Assembly: GCA_964597675.1 (NCBI GenBank)
Contig: CAZQYV010000001.1
Span: 81,644-145,643 of the forward strand
Reading direction: 5' to 3'
DNA: 64,000 bases
From: an uncultured Candidatus Saccharibacteria bacterium
Lineage (GTDB): Bacteria; Patescibacteriota; Minisyncoccia; Phycocordibacterales; DATDWN01
Positions within the stretch are counted from its first letter, which is position 1. Each line of letters opens with the position of its first letter. The position numbers and the translations under genes were made by a program. The notes below the pieces were generated by a model that saw nothing but the letters and a program-made list of their open reading frames with translations, did not search any database and had not been told where the DNA came from. This document shows, piece after piece, positions 57,014 through 64,000 of the stretch.

Positions 57014-59170
57014 TTATTCAAAGTGTACAGAATTATTTTTGTCAGAAATCCGTTGAAGCAGGGTGGGGTGTCTTGCAAGTGCTGGGTCTGTGTCAATTAT
57101 CTTTGTTGCTTCTGTTCGGGCTGCCTCTACCATTTTAATATTTTTGAGGGCTTCCATAGCAAGGTCAGAGATGCCCCATTGCTTTCTGCCATACAGATCA
57201 CCAGCACCGCGTTGAGCAAGATCAAATTCAGCCAGTTCAAACCCATTTTTGGCTGTGATAAGAGCTTTCAATCTGTCACGAGTTTTTTGCCCGTTACTTT
57301 CAGGGAAAACGTAGCAATACGCTTGGTGGTTCGAGCGGATAACTCGACCACGGAGCTGGTGTAGTTGGGAGAGACCAAATCGCTCCGCCCCTTCAATAAT
57401 AATCATAGTGGCATTTGGTACATTGACGCCCACTTCGACCACAGATGTCGCGACCAAAATATCTATTTTTTTCGAAGCAAAGTCATGCATCACTTTTTCT
57501 TTTTCCACAGGTGTCATTTTGCTGTGAACAATGCCAATATGCCACGATTGGAATATATTTTTTTTCAGTCTCTCCGCTTCCATGGTCACAGATTTTGCAA
57601 TAACTGCCATTTCTTTGGTTGGATTAGGCTCATCAATACGTGGACAGATAACATACAGTTGTCTACCATTTTGAAGTTCTTGTTTTATTGCTTCATATAT
57701 TGCGTCACGCTCGGCCGGTACAATAATTTTGGTAATAATTGGTTTTCGGCCTGTTGGCATTTGGTCGAGGAGAGTCAGATCAAGGTCTCCGTAGAGAGTG
57801 AGGGCTAGTGTACGGGGTATAGGAGTTGCAGTCATAGAAAGTAAATGGGGGACAAGTCCTGATTTTTGAGCAAGTTTTTGCCTCTGGGCAGTGCCAAAAC
57901 GGTGTTGTTCATCGATTACCACAAAGGCGAGATGTTTGAACGTGACTGATTTTTGTATGAGCGCATGGGTACCAATCAGTATTGGCACTTCACCGTTTGC
58001 AACCCATTTTAGTAGTTGTGCTCGAGAGATATGTGTCGGCAAATTTGGATTACTTTTTGATGGGAATATTTGGCATCCACTTCCTGTGATGAGGCCAACT
58101 TTAATCGGTAGGTGCCGGAAGTATTGAATAAAGTTTTCATAATGTTGTTTTGCTAGTATTTCTGTTGGTGCCATGTAGGCAGTTTGTAGATGACCAAAAT
58201 CCTTGCCTTGTGGTCGAGCAATGACAGTGGCAAATGCACAGGTGGCTGCTACGGCGGTTTTGCCCGAGCCTACATCGCCCTCAAGTAGTCGCGACATAGG
58301 TTGCCCTTTTTTAAAATCCGCAACAATAGTTTCTATTGCATGTTTTTGTGCGTCGGTTGGTGTAAAAGGGAAACGGGACATAAAATCTGTAATATCTTTT
58401 TTGCTTGTTTCAATAACAAATGATTTTTCTGTCTGCCACAGTTTTCTATCCTTTTGTTTTTGGAGTTGAATAAAAAATATTTCTTCGAATGCAAATCTTT
58501 TTCGGGCGGACAATGCATCAGATTCTTTTTTTGGAGCATGTATCCAGATCAGCGCCGTCTTGAGTGTGGGGAGATTATATATATGTAAAATATCCTCTGG
58601 TATTTCATCCTGTACCATATCGAGCACTCCCTGCGACATTATTTTTTGTATAGCGTGGTACAACCAATTCGACGTAATACCTCTACTTTCAGGATAGACC
58701 GGGTAGAGCGAATGTTCTTCGCCATCACTACCAAAGAGCGACTGACCTACAGCGATTGGCATGTCTCGGACAACTTCTATTTTCGGGTTACTCATGTATC
58801 TCTCGCCACGACGCTCGGATATTTTTCCTTCTGCACGCACCGGTTGCCCATCATGAATCATTTTGGCGATGTATGGTTGGTTAAACCAAACACATTTTAT
58901 TTTGCCAGTTTCGTCTGTAATCGTTCCTTCAGACATAGGAATCTTTTTAACATAGGCTTTGCTTGTTTTGAGTCCAGATATTGTGCCGAAAACTACCGCC
59001 TCCTCGCCAGTACCGAGTGATTCCACAGATTTGACTTGGTTTGTATTGCCGTATCGTGTGGGGAAGTGGTAGAGCACATCGTATATTGTAGCGATACCCA
59101 GTTTTGATAGGGCTTTTTTCTGTATCGGAGTCAGTCGAAAGTGGTCCGTAAGTGGTGAGTTTGGTCGCAT
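57014..59170 (-). CDS. recG: ATP-dependent DNA helicase RecG
   Basis: GDVGSGKT, DEQHRFG, MTATPIPRTL, GLSQLHQLRGRV. Confidence 0.98.
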   Translation of the reverse strand: MRPNSPLTDHFRLTPIQKKALSKLGIATIYDVLYHFPTRYGNTNQVKSVESLGTGEEAVVFGTISGLKTSKAYVKKIPMSEGTITDETGKIKCVWFNQPYIAKMIHDGQPVRAEGKISERRGERYMSNPKIEVVRDMPIAVGQSLFGSDGEEHSLYPVYPESRGITSNWLYHAIQKIMSQGVLDMVQDEIPEDILHIYNLPTLKTALIWIHAPKKESDALSARKRFAFEEIFFIQLQKQKDRKLWQTEKSFVIETSKKDITDFMSRFPFTPTDAQKHAIETIVADFKKGQPMSRLLEGDVGSGKTAVAATCAFATVIARPQGKDFGHLQTAYMAPTEILAKQHYENFIQYFRHLPIKVGLITGSGCQIFPSKSNPNLPTHISRAQLLKWVANGEVPILIGTHALIQKSVTFKHLAFVVIDEQHRFGTAQRQKLAQKSGLVPHLLSMTATPIPRTLALTLYGDLDLTLLDQMPTGRKPIITKIIVPAERDAIYEAIKQELQNGRQLYVICPRIDEPNPTKEMAVIAKSVTMEAERLKKNIFQSWHIGIVHSKMTPVEKEKVMHDFASKKIDILVATSVVEVGVNVPNATMIIIEGAERFGLSQLHQLRGRVIRSNHQAYCYVFPESNGQKTRDRLKALITAKNGFELAEFDLAQRGAGDLYGRKQWGISDLAMEALKNIKMVEAARTEATKIIDTDPALARHPTLLQRISDKNNSVHFE

Positions 59171-59340
59171 ATTTCTATTGTACCATGAAGGATCTTCTTT
59201 TTTGATTTTGCTTTCATGAAATACGAGACATGTGTATATCAATGTGTGTCAATGGAGGCACTTGACAGAAAGGGGGTGAGTATGGTAGGGTGCGGGTGCT
59301 GTTCTTTACAGTAAATCCAAAGTTAGAGGAGGGGACAAAG

Positions 59341-59886
59341 ATGAAGATCTTTTCCCGTTTTTCCATTTTCGTGCTCATCCTTGTGGTGAGCATCATGATT
59401 GTTCCAGCATCGGCGGCGACCTTGTGGTCGCAGCAGTGGGACTCGACCCCGGCATTTCCGGGGACGTTCAATCGGATAGAAATCGCAATGGGTGCTGGTG
59501 GTGGCCAGTTTGGCGGGCCTCTCTCGGGCTTTACGACAGGCTCCGGATGGGTAACCACTTTTGATCCTTATTTTGTGACGGCTACGTCGGCGACCACAAT
59601 GAACGGGTCACCCGGTACCGATAATCTCTGGGATATCAATTTCGGCACGCCTTTGAATCAGCCCCTCGCTGTTCAACTCAAGTTCTATATGGACACAGAG
59701 TTGAAGTCCACCGACACGTGGGGATACGATGGTTTGGGACAGGGCAATAACCCTGTCGGGAACTGGCACCACCTCTCCAATGATGGGTTCCAAGGTGTAC
59801 CTGAGCCAAGCACCTACGCGCTGATGGGCGCAGGTCTCGCGGCGCTGAGTTTCATTCGCCGTCGTCGGCAAACAGCCGGCAAATAG
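59341..59886 (+). CDS. PEP-CTERM sorting domain protein
   Basis: Signal peptide; C-terminal VPEPSTYALMGAGLAALSFIRRRR; AGGAGG RBS; GC-rich. Confidence 0.9.
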   Translation: MKIFSRFSIFVLILVVSIMIVPASAATLWSQQWDSTPAFPGTFNRIEIAMGAGGGQFGGPLSGFTTGSGWVTTFDPYFVTATSATTMNGSPGTDNLWDINFGTPLNQPLAVQLKFYMDTELKSTDTWGYDGLGQGNNPVGNWHHLSNDGFQGVPEPSTYALMGAGLAALSFIRRRRQTAGK

Positions 59887-59949
59887 TTCGTTCGTCCGTC
59901 TCCATGGTGGGAGACAAAAAATAAAGCGGATCCGCATGGGTCCGCTTTT

Positions 59950-60669
59950 TCAGTGGGGGAGATTGCTATTAGATCTAACAAAATTCCTAATACAGCGACT
60001 ATTTTTAAAATTTTCTACAATTCGTCTTATGGTTTCCGATGATGTTGTCTCTTTTACATAATTTGTCACATATGTTTTGTTTGTAACTTGTATGTTTCCA
60101 GTATTATTCATCATAAGTGCGAGCAAATAGTCTTCAGGATTACGGCTTAATCCAATCTCTCGGGAATATAGAATACTATCTTGATATATTTTTACAATTT
60201 TATCTTTGTCTTTTAACCAGAAAGCAAAACTTGGTCCCCATATCCAAGACGTCGCTTTTTCATTTTCTGAAACACATATGTATTTATTAAATATGTTTAA
60301 AATATAACAAAGATTAGTGCCTTTAAATTTTATCCAAGACCCAACCAATATATTTTCATTACGCGTGAGTGTTGCCACCATCACTTCAACCCAATTATTT
60401 TTTGCGAAGGAATCTCCGTCGATGCAGAGCACGATATCTCCGGTGACATGGCGAATTCCTTCAATCCGTGCAGGAACGATGCCAGTGGCTCCTGCAAAGG
60501 GGATAACAGTAATATGGAATTTACTCGCAATTTCCACGGTCTTGTCTGTACAGTTGTGTGCGATAAGGATTACCTCATCTGCCTTTTTAGTCTGGTTGAG
60601 GATTGATCGAATACATTGTTCAATGTGAGTTTCTTCATTATGAGCAATGATTAGGATAGAGATTTTCAT
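59950..60669 (-). CDS. Glycosyltransferase family 2
   Basis: ISILI.AHNEE..I..CI.SIL.QT, AR..G, IDGD, ED. Confidence 0.9.
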   Translation of the reverse strand: MKISILIIAHNEETHIEQCIRSILNQTKKADEVILIAHNCTDKTVEIASKFHITVIPFAGATGIVPARIEGIRHVTGDIVLCIDGDSFAKNNWVEVMVATLTRNENILVGSWIKFKGTNLCYILNIFNKYICVSENEKATSWIWGPSFAFWLKDKDKIVKIYQDSILYSREIGLSRNPEDYLLALMMNNTGNIQVTNKTYVTNYVKETTSSETIRRIVENFKNSRCIRNFVRSNSNLPH

Positions 60670-60704
60670 GCTTCAAATCCTATCACATTTTTAGATGTTT
60701 TTTG

Positions 60705-61525
60705 AGTAGGAGAGAGCGAGAATTTTTGCCTCGAAATTTTCAATTTCGTCAAAAGGAGCGAGAGTTTCTCACTCGACTTAAAAATTTCTCGTCAGAAATT
60801 TTTAGTCTGTGCACTGACTCGCGTCCTGCTTTTGCTAAAGCAGGAATCGCTCCGTCGTTCGAATCTCGACACAATCTGCTAACAGCAGATTGTTCTCTCT
60901 CCGTAAACAAAAAGCGCCTTTCGGGATTTTGTTGGCGGAGAGAGCGAGAGTTTCTCCTACAATTTTTTCTCGTCGCCACTCGAAAAAATTCTAGGCGCCA
61001 GATGTGCGACAAACTCTGCTAAGTTTGTAGACCGCACATCTGTTCGAATCTCGCGCGCATAGCTTCGCTTTGCTTCTCTCCGCAAAAAGAAAACCCGTTT
61101 CGGGGTCCTTTTTGCGGAGAGAGCGAGATTCGAACTCGCGGTTCCAATTAAGGAACGACGGTTTAGTAAACCGTTGATTTAAACCACTCATCCATCTCTC
61201 CATATACTCGCTATGCTCGAATGGAGCTGCTTTCGCAGATCGATGGATTCGTGGTCGGTGATTACACCGGCTCGGTGTGAAGTAGTTCACACCATCGCCC
61301 ATCTCATCCATCTCTCTGTATACTCACCTGAACATTAGGAATATAGCATTTTTCTGTGGATTGATAAAGTTTTTTTGCGGAGACGGGGAGAGTTTCTGCC
61401 TCGAAATTTTCAATTCCGTCAAATTGAAAATTTCTGGCCACCGGTTTGTCGACAAGCCCTGCTGGGCTAGTAAACCGACAAACCGTTCGAATCTCCCACG
61501 TAAAGCTTCGCTTTACTCGTTCCTG
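60705..61525. repeat. tRNA-Ser-derived direct and inverted fragments
   Basis: GGAGAGAGCGAGA at about 60709 and 60937; GCGGAGACGGGGAGA at 61377; inverted GTTCGAATCTC at about 60857, 61042, 61484. Confidence 0.8.
61115..61201 (-). tRNA. tRNA-Ser (anticodon ACT)
   Basis: GGAGAGA/TCTCTCC-G acceptor, long variable arm, anticodon arm ACGGT-TTACTAA-ACCGT. Confidence 0.88.
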
Positions 61526-61614
61526 CGGAGACGGGGAGATTCGAACTCCCGAGGCCTTTTAAAGGGCCTGCCTCTTTAGCAAAGAGGTACGTTAGACCAC
61601 TCTGACACGTCTCC
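61526..61614 (-). tRNA. tRNA-Ser (anticodon GCT)
   Basis: GGAGACG/CGTCTCC-G acceptor, long variable arm, anticodon arm CCTCT-TTGCTAA-AGAGG. Confidence 0.95.
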
Positions 61615-61636
61615 ATAATCTTTCTACGGTATCATA

Positions 61637-62293
61637 TTAGTGAGCGATGGTAAACGCAAAGACGTTTTTTGCGCCAACTCCAAGGAGGGTTTCTCGTGCT
61701 TCGGCGAGGGTACTTCCCGTGGTGACCACGTCATCAATCAAAACAACATATGCATTTTCGACTTGTGGGTTTGCAGAGAAGCAGCCAACTAAATTTTTCA
61801 TACGTTCCTGACGCGAGAGACTTCGACTTTGTTTCGGAGTCTCTTTTATTTTTTCTAGCCACTGTGGCGCATAGAGCATTGTGTGTGAAGTGTCGCACAT
61901 AAAAATTGCTTTCGCTATATATTCACTTTGGTTGTACCCTCGTTCTATTCGTCTTTCTCGTGAAATGGGGATAGGGATCAGAATCCATTTACTGTCACAG
62001 TCAAAAAGTATGGCATCCGTCATTAGGGCAAGGATTTCGTCATATAAAAGTTGGCCAATTGTTTCGAGGTGCAGAGTATTGTGTCGATATTTTAATTCCC
62101 AAATTAATGCGCGAACGCGGTAGTCTCGGTATTGAAAGAGTGCGTGTACGTAACTGTGTCCTGAAACGGGGGATGATTTTGGGAGAGAGGGAATGTCTTC
62201 GGCGGTCAATTTTTGTATCACCGTAAAATTTTCTCGGTGCGGTGCAATGAGATCGAGTAGTTGGTACCACAATATCGTGACACTTTTCAACAT
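61637..62293 (-). CDS. comF: ComF family phosphoribosyltransferase-like competence protein
   Basis: IP.P.S..R..ERGYNQS, R..NL.G.F, LIDDVVTTGSTL. Confidence 0.92.
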   Translation of the reverse strand: MLKSVTILWYQLLDLIAPHRENFTVIQKLTAEDIPSLPKSSPVSGHSYVHALFQYRDYRVRALIWELKYRHNTLHLETIGQLLYDEILALMTDAILFDCDSKWILIPIPISRERRIERGYNQSEYIAKAIFMCDTSHTMLYAPQWLEKIKETPKQSRSLSRQERMKNLVGCFSANPQVENAYVVLIDDVVTTGSTLAEARETLLGVGAKNVFAFTIAH

Positions 62294-62338
62294 ATCTATA
62301 TTATACAAGAGGTGGCTATGCTATACTATATCTGTCGT

Positions 62339-63442
62339 ATGGCAAACTTTTTTTCACGTTTACTCAATCGCGAAACTCCTAGCATCTTGGGTATTGATGT
62401 TGGCTCATCATCTATCAAGATCGTACAAATAAAACGTCAAAATGGACGGGCGATTTTAGAGACGTATGGTGAACTTGCTCTCGGACCATATGCTGGGGGT
62501 AGTATTGGTGAACCAACAAATCTGCCAGTTGAAAAGATCATAGAAGCGCTACTAGATTTACTTCGAGAAAAAGAAGTTAAAATTAGTACAAACGTCTGTG
62601 GCATTGCAGTACCTTTTTCATCAAGTCTTGTCACTGCTATCGAAATGCCAATGGTGCCAATGAAGCAACTTGCCCAAATGGTGCCAATCGAGGCCCGCAA
62701 ATATATTCCTGTACCTATTTCCGAGGTCACACTAGACTGGTCAGTTATTCCTCAAACTAAAAGTCCGGAAGCAAGCGATGATGTAAAGGGTGTACAAAAA
62801 CTCGAAGTGCTTTTGGTGGCACTTCACAACAGCACAGTAGAACGATACAAAGAAATTGTGACAAAGAGTGGACTCGATGCTAGTTTTTTTGAAATAGAAA
62901 TATTCAGCACAATGCGTTCAGTACTCGACCAAGAGCCAGATCCTGTCATGATTGTCGATATGGGAGCAACAAGCACCAAGTTATATGTTGTCGAGCGAGG
63001 CGTATTACGTGGGTCACATACAATAAATCGTGGCTCACAGAGTATAACAACCACATTGTCAAAATCTCTCGGAATTTCACTTGCAGAAGCGGAGATTATG
63101 AAACGAGAGAAAGGTTTGATTGGTGAAGTAGATGGTATTGATATCAAAAGTGTCATTACGGTTACACTCGATTATATTTTTTCTGAAGCAAATCAAGTGG
63201 TCTTGGCATATCAGAAAAAATACAATAGAAATGTTGGCAAGATAGTTCTAGTGGGTGGGGGGAGTGCCTTAAAAGGTCTTGTCGATGTGGCAAAAAACAA
63301 TTTTCAGACAATGGTTGTTGGCGGAGATCCATTTTCAAAGGTTGTTGCACCAGCATTCTTGGAACAAATTTTACGCGAAACAGGTCCAGAATTTGCGGTG
63401 TCTGTCGGTGTTGCATTGAGAAGACTACAAGAGCTCGATTAA
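62339..63442 (+). CDS. pilM: Type IV pilus assembly protein PilM
   Basis: LGIDVGSSSIKIV, EARKYIPVP, VDMGA, LVGGG..LKGL, AV.VG.ALR. Confidence 0.94.
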   Translation: MANFFSRLLNRETPSILGIDVGSSSIKIVQIKRQNGRAILETYGELALGPYAGGSIGEPTNLPVEKIIEALLDLLREKEVKISTNVCGIAVPFSSSLVTAIEMPMVPMKQLAQMVPIEARKYIPVPISEVTLDWSVIPQTKSPEASDDVKGVQKLEVLLVALHNSTVERYKEIVTKSGLDASFFEIEIFSTMRSVLDQEPDPVMIVDMGATSTKLYVVERGVLRGSHTINRGSQSITTTLSKSLGISLAEAEIMKREKGLIGEVDGIDIKSVITVTLDYIFSEANQVVLAYQKKYNRNVGKIVLVGGGSALKGLVDVAKNNFQTMVVGGDPFSKVVAPAFLEQILRETGPEFAVSVGVALRRLQELD

Positions 63443-63519
63443 TTTTTATACTAATCAATTATTTATACACAGGTTCGTAGTGTTTTATAGCGTGATGTAT
63501 TATACTTATATCAAAGTAT

Positions 63520-64000
63520 ATGGATCCTAAATTTCAAACATCGTTCATTCCGAAAAAACCTATCGTTATTGGTGGCCTCTCAGCCACTCTTCCAAAGGAT
63601 GATTCTGTTGGGTTGTTTTATATTGTTAGTGTAATATTGTTTATTGTGACTTTATTTTCTATGGCTGGTTTATATGGATACAAAATCATTGTCTCAAAAC
63701 AATTACAACAAGCAGAGACAGAATTAAATGCAGCACGTGAGGCTTTTGATCCAAATGCTGTACAGGATTTAATTAGCACAAGCAGGCGTATTTCGTTTGC
63801 GGATCAGTTACTCAGCAAACATGTTGCAACTTCACGGATTCTCGATTTACTTGGATCACTAACAATCAAAAAGTTTAAATTTAATACACTCTCATATAAA
63901 AATGACGAGGGTGGTTCAAAGGTTACAGCTGAAGTTGAGTCACTCTCATATAGTATGTTTGGCCAGCAAGCTTTACTTTTTCAAGCAGATTCAAATTTGA
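63520..64000 (+). CDS. Probable PilN-like protein (3' truncated by window edge)
   Basis: MDPKFQTSFIPKKP, TM, coiled coil; directly after pilM. Confidence 0.6.
   Translation, partial: MDPKFQTSFIPKKPIVIGGLSATLPKDDSVGLFYIVSVILFIVTLFSMAGLYGYKIIVSKQLQQAETELNAAREAFDPNAVQDLISTSRRISFADQLLSKHVATSRILDLLGSLTIKKFKFNTLSYKNDEGGSKVTAEVESLSYSMFGQQALLFQADSNL

Noticed and set aside
60702-61579. Several ORFs over the tRNA-Ser region
   Set aside because: They overlap tRNAs and their repeats and have no coding signals
1-64000. Alternative genetic code 25, prophage or IS elements
   Set aside because: TGA ends genes (e.g. 18722, 43834) and core genes are uninterrupted; no phage, integrase or transposase genes recognised

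Overview
Bacterial chromosome segment that most resembles a Patescibacteria/CPR (Parcubacteria-like) genome. Evidence: AT-rich DNA, TGA used as stop, no rpmD between rpsE and rplO, ComEC/ComF/PilM competence genes, and CPR-type secreted proteins. The backbone is housekeeping: tpiA, pgk, recJ, rnhA, sod, rpmB, the str/S10/spc ribosomal cluster, secY-adk-map, ndk, infC-rpmI-rplT, tmRNA-smpB, ftsH, recG and three tRNAs. The main accessory element is a diversity-generating retroelement (DGR) between secY and adk with an unusual layout. RT (-) and avd (+) start head-to-head inside one CATG palindrome. The TR (-) converges on avd and sits behind a structured leader of about 300 nt. The target gene (+) is transcribed divergently from the TR. 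Its VR matches the TR with 10 of 10 A-to-G changes over 75 nt, then diverges abruptly at non-A positions. Other notable items: three promoter-to-terminator structured RNA candidates (one with two predicted pseudoknots), three secreted proteins sharing a near-identical N-terminal DNA cassette, tRNA-Ser(ACT) and tRNA-Ile(TAT), tRNA/tmRNA-derived repeat arrays, a PEP-CTERM protein and a stand-alone CarB-like fragment. All calls come from reading the sequence by eye; no searches or folding programs were run.
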